DNA of 64,000 bases. Source: an uncultured Clostridia bacterium (GTDB taxonomy: Bacteria; Bacillota; Clostridia; Tissierellales; DATGTQ01). The stretch lies in the NCBI GenBank assembly GCA_964447805.1, contig CAYUTQ010000010.1, positions 66 through 64,065 on the forward strand, written 5' to 3'. Made by a program: the position numbers and the translations under genes. Of the stretch, positions 33,025-44,266 are shown in pieces (position 1 is the stretch's first letter; each line of letters starts with the position of its first letter). The notes below the pieces were generated by a model. That model was given only the letters and a program-made list of their open reading frames with translations. It did not search any database and had not been told where the DNA came from.

Positions 33025-34083
33025 TTATACAGTTTTTATATTACCACTTGAAGCTTTAGTCATTCTATTCATTATAGCTGTTCCAATTCCTGCTGTATCT
33101 ACACCTTCAGCTAATATTATATCTACATCTAAATAATCAAATCTTCGAATAATATCAAATAAATTTTTAGCTATTGTTCCTTTATTTTCTCTACTTCCCA
33201 CTGTTAATATAGTTCCTTGAGAATATCTATTTTTTGTCTCTTCCGTAGCCATAATACCTACATTTTTTCCTTCTTCTATATATTTTTTTGCACAATCATT
33301 AATACTAGAAACTATATTATCTACTTCACCTGAAAAAATTATCATCTCACTTTTTGGAGCATAATGTCTATATTTCTGTCCTGGAGATTTAGGAATTATA
33401 TTTTCATTTTCTTTTATAATACTCTTGTCTTGCTCTACATTATCAATTAATAACTTTAATTCTTCATAAGTCACTTTCCCAGGTCTCAAAATAGTAGGAA
33501 CACTTTCAGACATATCCAAAACTGTAGATTCCACTCCTATACCTGTCTTCCCTCCATCTATTATCATATTTATCTTACCGTTTAAATCTTCTACAACATG
33601 AGATGCCTCTGTAGGACTAGGCCTTCCAGAAATATTAGCACTTGGTGCTGCAATAGGTACTACTGCTGATTCTATTAATTTTAATGCCACTTTGTTATTG
33701 GGCATTCTAATAGCCACTGTGGAAAGTCCCCCTGTTACTTTTTTAGGAACTTTGCAGTTCTTTTTAAATATCATAGTTAAAGGTCCAGGCCAAAATTTCT
33801 CCATTATAGGAATTGCTTCTTCTGGAATTTTCTCCACTAAACTTTCTATTTGCTCTTTAGATGAAACATGAAGTATTAAAGGATTGTCCTGAGGACGTCC
33901 TTTTGCAATAAAAATATTATCTATAGCATTTTCATCTAATCCATTTGCTCCCAACCCATAAACAGTTTCTGTAGGAAAAGCAACTGTTCCACCATCTCTA
34001 ATAATCTCTGCAGCCTCTTCAATTATTTCTTTTTCAGGATTTTTAACATTTACTTTTACAACTCTTGTTTTTATTTTTTTCAT
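33025..34083 (-). CDS. tsaC: L-threonylcarbamoyladenylate synthase (Sua5/YwlC type)
   Basis: 352 aa. YrdC domain (FPTETVYGLGAN, KGRP..NPLILH, APSANISG.PSPT) plus a C-terminal Sua5 domain. Confidence 0.9.
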   Translation of the reverse strand: MKKIKTRVVKVNVKNPEKEIIEEAAEIIRDGGTVAFPTETVYGLGANGLDENAIDNIFIAKGRPQDNPLILHVSSKEQIESLVEKIPEEAIPIMEKFWPGPLTMIFKKNCKVPKKVTGGLSTVAIRMPNNKVALKLIESAVVPIAAPSANISGRPSPTEASHVVEDLNGKINMIIDGGKTGIGVESTVLDMSESVPTILRPGKVTYEELKLLIDNVEQDKSIIKENENIIPKSPGQKYRHYAPKSEMIIFSGEVDNIVSSINDCAKKYIEEGKNVGIMATEETKNRYSQGTILTVGSRENKGTIAKNLFDIIRRFDYLDVDIILAEGVDTAGIGTAIMNRMTKASSGNIKTV

Positions 34084-34249
34084 AATATCCCTTCTTTATA
34101 TAATAGCTTTTTCCCTCAACTATATATTATACATTATTTTATCAATTTAAAATAAGTTATTCATAGAAAAAATCAACATATGTATGTTATTTATTTATTA
34201 CAATGTGAATAAATATAGTAAAAAGTGTAATTTAAGGAGTGAAAAAAAT

Positions 34250-34963
34250 ATGAAAGATATTTTGTACATCACTTTCCTAGGTTTTTTTATTGGAATTGTA
34301 GGTACTGCCTTAGGAGGATTAATAGCCTTATTTATAAAAAAAACTAATATTCATCTAAGTTTTTTTCTAGGCCTTACAGGAGGGCTAATGTTCCAAATAG
34401 TTACTTTTCATTTAATACCTGAAGCCCTTCTCCTTTCAAATGTATGGGTAGTTACATTAGGAATATTCTTAGGAGTAGGCTTTATTTGTTTAATAGAATT
34501 AAAAATTACTGAGTATAATCTTCCAAAATATCTTAAAACTAGTCTTCTATTAGGTATAAGTATAGGAATACATAGTTTACCTGAAGGATTAGCTATAGGA
34601 ACTAGTTTTATTATAGATAAACCTTTAGGAGAATTCTTGGCATTTGCCATATTGCTTCACAATCTTCCTGAAGGTATTGCCCTGGCAATACCTCTAAAAA
34701 TAAATAAATTTTCTCCTTGGAAAATAATTATATTAGCAGGTTTTGCTGGACTTCCTACTGGAATAGGTACATTTATAGGTGCATCCTTAGGAACATTGTC
34801 AAATTATATTGTTGCTTTTTGTCTAGCCTTTGCTGGTGGAATTATGTTTTATATTATAATAAATGATCTTATTCCAAATGCTAAAACCCTTCATGGTGGA
34901 AGGGTTTCAACTATGGGAACTATAATAGGTTTCCTAATAGGAATTCTTTATTCATATTATTAA
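34250..34963 (+). CDS. zupT: ZIP-family divalent metal (zinc) transporter
   Basis: Polytopic protein with [10 protein letters not shown] and [10 protein letters not shown] motifs. The ATG at 34250 follows SD AAGGAGTGA. Confidence 0.8.
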   Translation: MKDILYITFLGFFIGIVGTALGGLIALFIKKTNIHLSFFLGLTGGLMFQIVTFHLIPEALLLSNVWVVTLGIFLGVGFICLIELKITEYNLPKYLKTSLLLGISIGIHSLPEGLAIGTSFIIDKPLGEFLAFAILLHNLPEGIALAIPLKINKFSPWKIIILAGFAGLPTGIGTFIGASLGTLSNYIVAFCLAFAGGIMFYIIINDLIPNAKTLHGGRVSTMGTIIGFLIGILYSYY

Positions 34964-36027
34964 CCTACTTGTTTTAACTTTTCTGCTTGATCAGTAGTTA
35001 TAAGAGCCTCAACCATTTCATCAATATCACCATCTAAAAAATTACTCAATCTGTGTATAGTCATATTGATCCTATGATCTGTTATTCTTCCTTGAGGAAA
35101 GTTATAAGTTCTAATTCTCTCACTTCTATCTCCAGTACCTACTTGACTTCTTCTTTCCTCTGCTATTTCAGCATGTTGCTCAGAAAGAACTTTATCATAT
35201 AATCTTGCCTTTAATATTTTCATAGCTTTTTCTCTATTCTTTATTTGAGATTTTTCATCTTGGCAAGACACAACTATATCTGTAGGAATATGAGTTATTC
35301 TAACAGCTGAATCAGTAGTATTAACATGTTGTCCACCATTACCTGAAGCACGAAATACATCTATTCTAATATCAGATGGATTTATTTCAATATCCACATC
35401 TTCTGCCTCTGGTAATACTGCAACTGTAGCCGTAGATGTGTGGATTCTGCCTCCAGATTCTGTTACTGGAACTCTTTGCACACGATGCACACCACTTTCA
35501 TATTTTAACCTACTATAAGCACCTTCACCTTTTATCATAAATACTATTTCCTTGAATCCACCTACTCCTTGATTATTAGAGTTCAATATTTCTGTTTTCC
35601 AACCCTTTCTTTCTGCATACATAGAATACATTCTAAATAAATCTCCTGCAAACAATCCTGCTTCGTCTCCTCCTGCTCCAGCTCTTATTTCCACAATTAC
35701 ATTTTTATGATCATTTGGATCCTTTGGAATTAATAAAAATTTAAGCTCTTCTTCTAATTGTGCTAACTTTTCTTCTAATTCAGTTACTTCTTCTTTTACT
35801 AATTCTTTAAATTCATCATCTAATTTTTCGTTTAACATTTCCTTATCATCTTTAAGGTTTTTAGATAATTTTTTATGCTCCCTATATTTCATAACTATAG
35901 GTTCAATTTCTGCATGTTCTTTAACAAGTTTTTGCCATTCTCGTCTATTTTCCATAACCTCAGGATCTATTACTTTTTTAGTTAGCTCTTTATATTTATT
36001 TTCTATAAAAGATAATTTTTCTAACAT
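34960..36027 (-). CDS. prfA: Peptide chain release factor 1
   Basis: Motifs PVT (...[17 protein letters not shown]) and GGQ ([11 protein letters not shown]). The ATG at 36027 has SD GGAGGTG. Confidence 0.97.
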   Translation of the reverse strand: MLEKLSFIENKYKELTKKVIDPEVMENRREWQKLVKEHAEIEPIVMKYREHKKLSKNLKDDKEMLNEKLDDEFKELVKEEVTELEEKLAQLEEELKFLLIPKDPNDHKNVIVEIRAGAGGDEAGLFAGDLFRMYSMYAERKGWKTEILNSNNQGVGGFKEIVFMIKGEGAYSRLKYESGVHRVQRVPVTESGGRIHTSTATVAVLPEAEDVDIEINPSDIRIDVFRASGNGGQHVNTTDSAVRITHIPTDIVVSCQDEKSQIKNREKAMKILKARLYDKVLSEQHAEIAEERRSQVGTGDRSERIRTYNFPQGRITDHRINMTIHRLSNFLDGDIDEMVEALITTDQAEKLKQVG

Positions 36028-36102
36028 ATTATTCACCTCCACTAAAACAATTAAAATTATCATATTATTTATCTATATATATTATAACATCATTATAAAA
36101 TT

Positions 36103-36621
36103 CTAATATAAAAAAATACCTGCAATACCTGCTAATAAAATTCCAATAATTGGGTTTAAATCTTTTATGGAAACTAAAAGAAATACTGTTACAGCTATTA
36201 TAACACTTTTAAAATCTATAATTGCACTCTTTCCTACTTCAAAAGCTGCTGTGACTATAAGCCCTAATACAACAGGTCTTATCCCTTTAAAAGCTTGTTT
36301 CACATAAGGAGAATCACTAAATTTAGATAAAAAATGATAGATTACCATTATTACTAAAAACGAAGGTAGAACTACTCCTATAGTTGAAACTACCGAACCT
36401 AAAATTCCAGCTATTTTGTAACCCAAAAAAGTTGCAGAATTTACTGCTATAGGTCCAGGAGTCATCTCTGCTATGGCTATTATATCTATAAATTCTCTAG
36501 TTGTTAACCATTGCTGATTGGTGATAATTTCCTTTTTTATTAATGGAATCATAGCATAGCCACCACCAAAAGTAAATGCTCCTATTTTAAAAAATGATAA
36601 AAAAAGTTTTAATAAAATCAT
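36103..36621 (-). CDS. chrA: Chromate transporter family protein (short-chain ChrA, C-half partner)
   Basis: 172 aa. N-terminus FKIGAFTFGGGYAMIPLI..E and MTPGPIAVN. Overlaps the upstream paralogue by 4 nt. Confidence 0.8.
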   Translation of the reverse strand: MILLKLFLSFFKIGAFTFGGGYAMIPLIKKEIITNQQWLTTREFIDIIAIAEMTPGPIAVNSATFLGYKIAGILGSVVSTIGVVLPSFLVIMVIYHFLSKFSDSPYVKQAFKGIRPVVLGLIVTAAFEVGKSAIIDFKSVIIAVTVFLLVSIKDLNPIIGILLAGIAGIFLY

Positions 36622-37154
36622 AATGGATTCTCCTTAAATTTTCCATAAATTATTGAACTAAAAGCTACTACCAAAATCACAAATATTGGATTAACATCAA
36701 ATAATAATATTATCCCTACAGTAGCAATAGCAATAATAATTGTAAATACTGTAATATTCATACCTTTCTTTAGCTTATATACTGCTGACAAAATAAGAGC
36801 TACTACAGCAGGCCTTATTCCCATAAACATTTTTTCAATAATTGGGTTATTCCTATAATGTCCAAAAAACATAGCTATAAATAGTATTATCAAAAAAGAT
36901 GGTAGAACTGTACCTAAAGTACAAACTACAGCTCCTTTAAATCCTGCTCTTTTAAACCCTACATAACTACTAGTATTTACAGCAACTGGTCCCGGAGTTA
37001 CTTCTGCTACAGCTATTATATCCATAAATTCTTCCGTGTTTATCCATTTATTTTTCTCCACAACTTCCTTTTGCATTATTGGAAGCATAGCATAACCGCC
37101 ACCAAAAGTAAAAGCTCCTATTTTAAAAAATGTTATAAACATTTTAAATAACAT
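36618..37154 (-). CDS. chrA: Chromate transporter family protein (short-chain ChrA, N-half partner)
   Basis: 178 aa. N-terminus FKIGAFTFGGGYAMLPIMQKE and VTPGPVAVN. Confidence 0.8.
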   Translation of the reverse strand: MLFKMFITFFKIGAFTFGGGYAMLPIMQKEVVEKNKWINTEEFMDIIAVAEVTPGPVAVNTSSYVGFKRAGFKGAVVCTLGTVLPSFLIILFIAMFFGHYRNNPIIEKMFMGIRPAVVALILSAVYKLKKGMNITVFTIIIAIATVGIILLFDVNPIFVILVVAFSSIIYGKFKENPL

Positions 37155-37253
37155 AAATTCACCCCCAAGCTAAAACTCCCACAACTAAAGCTAATGAGGT
37201 TTTTAGGTAATATTTTAAAAAATTTAATTTTTATCTATACCTTTTATTCATTA

Positions 37254-38117
37254 TTATGATAAATCTCCTACAACTACTCTATCGTGCCCTTGTAAATCTT
37301 TAATTATTTCTATATTTTCATAACCCTCATTTTTAAACATATGATATACACTCTCACCTTGATCATAACCTATTTCTAAAACTAATTTTCCAAATTTCTT
37401 TAAATATTTTTTACTCTCCGGTATAATTATTCTATAAAAATTCAAACCATCTTCTCCACCATTTAATGCTTCAATAGGTTCATAAGTTTTTACCTCTTCT
37501 TGCAAGTTTGCTATGATCCCCTTAGGTATATAAGGTGGATTCGATACTACTATATCCACTTTTCTTTCTAATTTCAATGATTTTATACCTTTAAAAAGAT
37601 CACCTTTCAATAATTTCACCTTATGTCCAAGCTCTAATCTTTCTAAATTTTTATTAGCTATTTCCAAAGATTTTTCTTCTATATCTATAGAATATATAAA
37701 AGATTTTTTTATATAATAGGCAAGACTTAAACTTATACATCCACTTCCAGTCCCTAATTCTACAATTGTATAATGCTTTTCTTTATTTTGTTTCACTAGA
37801 TTTAAAATATATTCCACCAAAATTTCTGTATCTTGTCTTGGTATTAGTACTCCTTCATCTACATAAAATTTCAATCCCATGAATTCTACTTCTTTCAATA
37901 TATATTGAAGAGGATAACCTTTCTTTCTAAGAGCTATGGCCTCTAAAAACTTCTTTTCTATTTCTTTGGAAACCTCCATATCTCTATGTGTATAAATATA
38001 AGTTTTGTCTACACCTAATAAGTTACTTAATAAAACCACTACTTCCAATACAGTATTAGAATACTTAATATCCCCTAATAATTCTACTCCTTTTTTCAAA
38101 AGACTATTTATTTCCAT
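37254..38117 (-). CDS. prmC: Release-factor glutamine N5-methyltransferase
   Basis: 287 aa. SAM-binding ELGTGSGCIS and the catalytic NPPY motif. Confidence 0.9.
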   Translation of the reverse strand: MEINSLLKKGVELLGDIKYSNTVLEVVVLLSNLLGVDKTYIYTHRDMEVSKEIEKKFLEAIALRKKGYPLQYILKEVEFMGLKFYVDEGVLIPRQDTEILVEYILNLVKQNKEKHYTIVELGTGSGCISLSLAYYIKKSFIYSIDIEEKSLEIANKNLERLELGHKVKLLKGDLFKGIKSLKLERKVDIVVSNPPYIPKGIIANLQEEVKTYEPIEALNGGEDGLNFYRIIIPESKKYLKKFGKLVLEIGYDQGESVYHMFKNEGYENIEIIKDLQGHDRVVVGDLS

Positions 38118-39064
38118 CGATCTGCCTCACTATCTTTCACTATTACACTCTTCAATGCTTCTATTGCTACTTCTATCTGCTCATTATCTGGTTCCTTAGT
38201 AGTAGCAAATTTTTGAAGTCCTAGCCCTGGATAAGAAAGAATATAGGCCAATTTAGAATTACTTTTTCCTATTATTTTATTAATTTCATAGGATATACCA
38301 GCAACAACTGGGAACATAATAAGTCTAGTTAAAAACCTTTTTAATGGATTAGGCCAACCAAAAAAAGATAATACAATAATACTCACTATCATTACAGTAA
38401 ATAAAAAACTAGTTCCACATCTAGGATGAAGAGTAGGATATTTCTTTACATTTTCCACCAATAATTCTTCTTCATTTTCATAACAGTGAATAGTTTTATG
38501 CTCTGCTCCATGATATTGAAAAAGTCTTCCCACATCTTCAAGCTTAGAAATAAATAACAAGTATATTAAAAAAATTCCTATTCTTATTAATCCTTCTACA
38601 ATATTTAAAAATAAAGTACTTTCTATTTTATTTTTAAATAAACTTGTCAAAAATGTTGGAATTAACATAAATAAAACTACAGCTATTATAAATGATAATA
38701 TTAAAGAAGTGAATATTAATATATTTTCTGCATTATCTCCATGCTTTTCATTTATATACTTTTCAAATTTTGTCTCTTCATATTCTTCATCATCCAAAAA
38801 TTCTGCTGAATACATAAGAGCTTTGGTACCAATAATCATTGCCTCAATAAGTCCCACCATTCCTCTAATAAAAGGTAAATTAAAAAATTTATATTTCATA
38901 CCTAATGTATTCAATCTTTCCTTTTTTACTAATATTTCTTTGTCTGGTTTTCTAATAGCAATAGCTATATCTTCAGGCCCTCTCATCATTATTCCCTCAA
39001 TTAATGCCTGACCTCCAATTGTAGTCATTCTTTTTGGGATTCTATTTATATCTTTTATTTTCAA
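38108..39064 (-). CDS. DUF1385-family membrane protein
   Basis: 318 aa. N-terminus IGGQALIEGIMMRGP, plus HGAEHKTIHCYE and HPRCGTSF. Overlaps prmC by 10 nt. Confidence 0.8.
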   Translation of the reverse strand: MKIKDINRIPKRMTTIGGQALIEGIMMRGPEDIAIAIRKPDKEILVKKERLNTLGMKYKFFNLPFIRGMVGLIEAMIIGTKALMYSAEFLDDEEYEETKFEKYINEKHGDNAENILIFTSLILSFIIAVVLFMLIPTFLTSLFKNKIESTLFLNIVEGLIRIGIFLIYLLFISKLEDVGRLFQYHGAEHKTIHCYENEEELLVENVKKYPTLHPRCGTSFLFTVMIVSIIVLSFFGWPNPLKRFLTRLIMFPVVAGISYEINKIIGKSNSKLAYILSYPGLGLQKFATTKEPDNEQIEVAIEALKSVIVKDSEADRWK

Positions 39065-39187
39065 AAAATCAACCCCTATTTTTTCATAAAATAATTATAT
39101 CATATATGATTATGCTAGTGAAATACTGTCCTTTTAAATAAAAATAAAGGCTAGATGCTTAAAGCCTCTAACCTATTTTTAAAAAAA

Positions 39188-39400
39188 TTACTTAATACCA
39201 TATTTCTTCTTAAACTTCTCTACACGTCCACCACGTTCAGCAAATTTTTGACGTCCTGTAAAGAATGGATGACATTTTGAACAAACTTCTACTCTTAAAT
39301 TTTCCTTTGTTGAACCTGTTTTAAATGTATTACCACAAGCACAAGTAATTGTTGCTTCTTCATAATATTCTGGATGAATACCCTTCTTCATTATCTTCAC
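39188..39400 (-). CDS. rpmE: 50S ribosomal protein L31 (Zn-ribbon, type A)
   Basis: 70 aa. N-terminus MKKGIHPEY, with CACGN and [10 protein letters not shown] Cys pairs. Confidence 0.95.
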   Translation of the reverse strand: MKIMKKGIHPEYYEEATITCACGNTFKTGSTKENLRVEVCSKCHPFFTGRQKFAERGGRVEKFKKKYGIK

Positions 39401-39455
39401 CTCTCTTTTACCCTAGTGTATAAACCATACATAATATACACACTTCAACTTTTTT

Positions 39456-39484
39456 ATTATAGCATATTGTTTTTTCTATTTCAA
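39456..39484 (-). promoter_or_regulatory. Sigma-A type promoter for rpmE
   Basis: Minus strand TTGAAA-17 nt-TATAAT, starting immediately after the rho stop codon. Confidence 0.6.
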
Positions 39485-40837
39485 CTATATCCATACTTTT
39501 TTCCTAATAGTTTCAATAAACATATCATTATCTTTAGTCCTAACTAAATTTTCTATTAAAGTTTCAGTTACATCCTGAGTCGGTGCATTTCCCAATGCTT
39601 TCCTAATAGCCCAAACAGTTTCTAATTCTTTTTGACTAAGAAGTAATTCTTCCCTTCTAGTACCAGATTTATTAATATCTACTGCAGGAAATATTCTTTT
39701 TTCAGACAATTTTCTATCTAAATGTATCTCCATATTTCCAGTACCTTTAAACTCTTCAAATATTACATCATCCATTCGACTTCCTGTTTCAACTAAGGCT
39801 GTGGCTAATATTGTTAAACTACCACCTTCCTCCAAGTTCCTAGCAGCACCAAAGAACCTCTTAGGTTTGTGTAATGCCCCTGGATCTAGCCCTCCTGAAA
39901 GAGTTCTACCTGTAGCTGGAATAGTTAAATTGTAGGCTCTTGCTAATCTTGTAATACTATCAAGAAGCACTACTACATCCTTCCCATGTTCCACCAATCT
40001 TTTCGCCCTTTCAAGAACTATTTCTGCCACCTTAGTATGATGCTTAGGCAATTCATCAAATGTCGAATACACTACATCGCCTTTGACAGATCTTTGCATA
40101 TCTGTAACTTCTTCTGGTCTTTCATCTATTAATAAGACTATTATTTCTATCTCTGGATAATTAATAGCTAATGAATTAGCTACCTTTTTTAGAAGAGTAG
40201 TTTTACCAGCTTTTGGTGGGGACACAATCATACCTCTTTGACCCTTTCCTATTGGTGCCATTAAATCTATTATCCTTGTTGAAAGTTCATTAGGGCTGGT
40301 CGATAATTTTATTCTTGTTCTAGGGTAAATTGGAGTCAATTCATCAAAATCTGGTCTTGAATTGCAAGTTTCTGGATCCATTCCATTTACACTTCTAACA
40401 TATAAAAGAGCCTTATATTTTTCTCCTGACTTAGGAGGTCTAGTAATACCAAAAACTTTATCTCCAGTTTTAAGTCTAAATCTTCTAATTTGAGAAGGAG
40501 ATACATAAATATCTTCATCTCCAGAAAGGTAGTTATCACTTCGCATAAATCCGTAGCCATCATTATGGATTTCTAAAATTCCTTCAGCACTATTTATATC
40601 ATCCATTAGCTCTATTTCTTCACTAACTTTATCAGGAAGCACATCCAAATCAATATCTTCAATATCTATTTTTTCATCCTTTTTTTCAGACTTTTTATCA
40701 TTATCATCTACTACATTTTGCAAAATTAGGTCTATCAATTCATTTTTTCTGTATTTTGTAACACCTCTAATACCAATAGTTTTTGCTATAACTCTAAGAT
40801 CATCTAATTTCTTCTCCTTTAATATCTGATAATCCAA
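39485..40837 (-). CDS. rho: Transcription termination factor Rho
   Basis: 450 aa. RNA-binding CSD region (GYGFMRS), Walker A PPKAGKT and the Q/R loops. TTG start with SD GGAGGTG. Confidence 0.97.
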   Translation of the reverse strand: MDYQILKEKKLDDLRVIAKTIGIRGVTKYRKNELIDLILQNVVDDNDKKSEKKDEKIDIEDIDLDVLPDKVSEEIELMDDINSAEGILEIHNDGYGFMRSDNYLSGDEDIYVSPSQIRRFRLKTGDKVFGITRPPKSGEKYKALLYVRSVNGMDPETCNSRPDFDELTPIYPRTRIKLSTSPNELSTRIIDLMAPIGKGQRGMIVSPPKAGKTTLLKKVANSLAINYPEIEIIVLLIDERPEEVTDMQRSVKGDVVYSTFDELPKHHTKVAEIVLERAKRLVEHGKDVVVLLDSITRLARAYNLTIPATGRTLSGGLDPGALHKPKRFFGAARNLEEGGSLTILATALVETGSRMDDVIFEEFKGTGNMEIHLDRKLSEKRIFPAVDINKSGTRREELLLSQKELETVWAIRKALGNAPTQDVTETLIENLVRTKDNDMFIETIRKKVWI

Positions 40838-41060
40838 TTATTTTTACACCTCCGTATTAAAAATTTTTTCCTATTAAATTTCTACCTTTCTTGGAAATAA
40901 AGCTTAGGATATGTACATATAGGTGGGTTATAATGAAAATAATATCACTTCAATCCTCAATAGTCAATACTATAAAAACTGAACTACACTATTTGTAAAT
41001 TATCCCATTTTCTGATACTTCACTGAGCAGAATTACTTCCCAGTATATACTAATACTCAC

Positions 41061-41091
41061 AAAAAGGAACGTACTATAAAGAATACGTCCC
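41061..41091 (-). terminator. Intrinsic terminator after glpX
   Basis: Minus strand GGGACGUA-10 nt-UACGUUCC followed by U5. Confidence 0.75.
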
Positions 41092-41098
41092 CTATATA

Positions 41099-42070
41099 CT
41101 ATTTTGCATACTCAGGTTTCTTATCAAGTCTATGAATAGCTTCAATAAATCTTATAGTTCCAGTCTCTGCTCTCATCACTACTGAATAAGTTTTAGCAAA
41201 ATTGCTATGATGATACCTTACACCTTTTAAAAGTTCACCATCAGAGATACCTGTAGCAGCAAATAAAATTTCTTCTCCTTTCGCCAAATCGTCCATAAGT
41301 AAAACTTTTTCTACATTTGCACCCATTTCCATACATCTTTTCTTTTCTTCTTCACTAGTAGGATGAAGTTTTCCTTGAAATTCACCCCCTAAACATTTCA
41401 AAGCCGAAGCTGCAAGAACTCCTTCTGGTGCTCCTCCAATACCCATCAATATATCTACACCAGAATCTTCAAAACAAGTGGCAATTGATGCAGCTACATC
41501 ACCATCACTGAAAAGTTTTATTCTTCCTCCTATTCGCCTAACTATATTTATTAACTCTTTATGTCTAGGTCTATCTAAAATTGTTACTGTAATATCTGAA
41601 ACATCTTTATTTAACGCTTTTGCTACACTTAAAATATTTTCCTCTATAGATTTATTAATATCTATAGCTCCTTTAGCCTTAGGACCTACTGCTATCTTTT
41701 TCATATACATATCTGGAGCATGTAATAAACATCCTCTAGGTGCCACAGCTACAACAGAAATAGCATTTGGAAGTCCCTTTGCAACAGAATTAGTCCCATC
41801 TAAAGGATCTACAGCTATATCTACTTTAGGACCATCTCCTATAGCCTTTCCTATATGTTCGCCAATATATAACATAGGTGCTTCATCCATTTCACCTTCT
41901 CCAATAACTACTACACCATCTATAGTTAAAGTATCAAACATTCTTCTCATTCCATCCACTGCTGCCTGATCAGCTATTTCTTTGTCCCCTCTACCTAAGT
42001 ATCTTGCACTCTGAAGTGCAGCTGCTTCTGTCACCCTAGCTAAATTTAATGCAAGATTTCTATCCATCAA
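41099..42070 (-). CDS. glpX: Class II fructose-1,6-bisphosphatase
   Basis: 323 aa. Motifs [10 protein letters not shown]-like N-terminus, [10 protein letters not shown] and GIGGAPEGV. Confidence 0.95.
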   Translation of the reverse strand: MMDRNLALNLARVTEAAALQSARYLGRGDKEIADQAAVDGMRRMFDTLTIDGVVVIGEGEMDEAPMLYIGEHIGKAIGDGPKVDIAVDPLDGTNSVAKGLPNAISVVAVAPRGCLLHAPDMYMKKIAVGPKAKGAIDINKSIEENILSVAKALNKDVSDITVTILDRPRHKELINIVRRIGGRIKLFSDGDVAASIATCFEDSGVDILMGIGGAPEGVLAASALKCLGGEFQGKLHPTSEEEKKRCMEMGANVEKVLLMDDLAKGEEILFAATGISDGELLKGVRYHHSNFAKTYSVVMRAETGTIRFIEAIHRLDKKPEYAK

Positions 42071-42172
42071 AAACCCTCCTTATTTATTAGTATTAACTAC
42101 ATATATAGTATATTCTATATATATTATTCATGTCAATTGCCACATTCATTCTTCTCATTAATAATTCATAAC

Positions 42173-42203
42173 AAAAAAGTACTTCACAAAGAAGTACTTT
42201 TTT
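42173..42203 (-). terminator. Intrinsic terminator after tal (bidirectional)
   Basis: Arms AAAAAAGTACTTC/GAAGTACTTTTTT with a 5-nt loop. Confidence 0.85.
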
Positions 42204-42229
42204 GATTCCTATTATTTAGTAAATACGTC

Positions 42230-42865
42230 CTATGCTTCCCAATCCTTTAAAAACTTTTCTATTCCTATATCAGTCATTGGATGCTTAACCATTTGTAAAA
42301 ATACCTTATATGGAATAGTTGCAATATGAGCTCCTGCTTTAGCTGCCTCTAATACATGCATTGGATGTCTTATACTTGCAGCTATTATTTCTGTTTTTAT
42401 ATCATAATTATCATAAATTTCTACTATATCTCTTACAATATCCATACCTTCATTCCCTATATCATCCATTCTTCCTACAAAAGGGCTTACATAAGTTGCT
42501 CCTGCTCTTGCAGCCAATAAGGCTTGATTGCCTGAAAATACCAAAGTCATATTAGTACGTATCCCTTCTTCATTTAGTATTTTTACTGCTCTCAGCCCTT
42601 CGCTAGTCATAGGTATTTTAATTATTATATTTGAATGAATTTTAGCTAATTCTCTAGCTTCTTCAATCATACCATTTTTCTTAAGTGAAATTACCTCAGC
42701 ACTTATTGGTCCATCTACAATAGTAGTTATTTCTTTAATAACCTCTTTAAAATCTCTGCCTTCTCTTGCAATTAAAGAAGGATTAGTTGTTACACCACAT
42801 ATTACTCCCCAATCACTTATTTCTTTTATCTCATCAATATTAGCAGTATCAATAAAAAGCTTCAT
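42230..42865 (-). CDS. tal: Transaldolase-family protein (short type, fructose-6-phosphate aldolase-like)
   Basis: 211 aa. Motifs [23 protein letters not shown] and YVSPFVGR. Confidence 0.9.
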   Translation of the reverse strand: MKLFIDTANIDEIKEISDWGVICGVTTNPSLIAREGRDFKEVIKEITTIVDGPISAEVISLKKNGMIEEARELAKIHSNIIIKIPMTSEGLRAVKILNEEGIRTNMTLVFSGNQALLAARAGATYVSPFVGRMDDIGNEGMDIVRDIVEIYDNYDIKTEIIAASIRHPMHVLEAAKAGAHIATIPYKVFLQMVKHPMTDIGIEKFLKDWEA

Positions 42866-42879
42866 AGATACACTCCCTT

Positions 42880-43731
42880 TTAAGCTCTTCCTGCTGAACC
42901 AAATAATTTCATCTTTTCTATTATAGTTTTCTTCATAGCCTCTCTTGCAGGACCTAATATCTTTCTTGGATCAATCTCATCAGGATTTTCTTTTACAAAA
43001 TCTTTAACAGCATTTGCAAAAGCCATTCTAATATCCGTATCAATATTTATTTTATTAATACCTAAACTTACTGCCTTTTTAATACTTTCATCTGGAACTC
43101 CACTAGAACCATGCAATACTAGTGGCATATTTATTCTTTCTTTAATATCTTTAATTCTTTCAAAATCTAATTTTGGCTCTCCTTTGTACACTCCATGAGC
43201 AGTTCCAACTGCTATAGCTAAAGAATCTACATCTGTCTCCTTAACAAATTTTTCTGCTTCATCTACATCTGTAAAAGTAGCATCTCGTTCATCTACTGAA
43301 ATATTATCTTCAGTTCCTCCTATTTTCCCCAATTCTGCTTCTACAGATACACCCATTACATGAGCTATATCTACTACTTTCCTAGTCTCAGCAATGTTCT
43401 TATCAAGTGGAAACTTGGAGCCATCTATCATTACAGAAGTAAAACCATGTCTTAAACAAAGCATTACTTGATCAAAATCTGTACCATGATCTAAATGTAA
43501 AACTACTGGCACACTAGCTTTTTCTGCTGCAACCTTTACTAATCCTGAAATATATTCAACTCCTGCATATTTTATAGCACCTTGACTAGCTTGTAATATT
43601 ACTGGTGAATTTGTCTCCTCTGCAGCTCCAATAATAGCTTGTATAATTTCCATATTATTTACATTAAATGCACCTACTGCATAACCTTTTTTATGAGCAT
43701 CTTGTAATACTTCTTTACCTGTTACTAGCAT
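42880..43731 (-). CDS. fba: Class II fructose-1,6-bisphosphate aldolase
   Basis: 283 aa. Motifs [20 protein letters not shown] and LVLHGSSG. Confidence 0.95.
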   Translation of the reverse strand: MLVTGKEVLQDAHKKGYAVGAFNVNNMEIIQAIIGAAEETNSPVILQASQGAIKYAGVEYISGLVKVAAEKASVPVVLHLDHGTDFDQVMLCLRHGFTSVMIDGSKFPLDKNIAETRKVVDIAHVMGVSVEAELGKIGGTEDNISVDERDATFTDVDEAEKFVKETDVDSLAIAVGTAHGVYKGEPKLDFERIKDIKERINMPLVLHGSSGVPDESIKKAVSLGINKINIDTDIRMAFANAVKDFVKENPDEIDPRKILGPAREAMKKTIIEKMKLFGSAGRA

Positions 43732-44266
43732 ACATTCTACCTGGTTTTTAAAATCATACTAAATAATCTCAATATAACTTTTCACTTAATACTAAGTGAT
43801 AACATCATAGGATTCAACTATAAAAATATAGTTCCTTGACTATAAATCTTGCAAAACCTTATCTATATTTAGTGTATAAATACAACAAAATCAAAGGTAC
43901 TATCTTCCTTCTTTTTTATATATTTCAAGAAACTATACCTAGTATATTTTCCTATTCATTTATCACAAACCAGGTATTTCACCACCTTTCTTTATAATTT
44001 TCTTATTTATAATACTCTATTGTTTCCAATTGTTTTATTTATTAAATTTAAGTTTTTCTTATTCTGATAATAGTTCATTCTTTAGAAATTTTGGTACCTT
44101 TTCACTATAGCCAAAAATTCTACAATCAGTTACTAAAATTATATACTTAGACTTATATTAAATCACTAGATATATCAATTTATTTTTGTATGCTGTTTCT
44201 AAACTCTCCTAAGACTTCTAATAACATTATCACTATATACTATATCATATTACTAAAATATTATTA

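Noticed and set aside
41478-41969. Long plus-strand ORFs embedded antisense in well-supported minus-strand genes. These are 41478-41969 in glpX, plus 6809-7264, 25410-25772, 1016-1372, 15828-16178, 38709-39011, 23174-23422, 53522-53797, 59092-59406 and others in the track.
   Set aside because: Each lies entirely inside a gene with strong family motifs on the other strand. Each has a low-complexity S/I/L/P/F-rich translation and lacks an SD. This is the typical shadow-ORF behaviour of AT-rich genomes.
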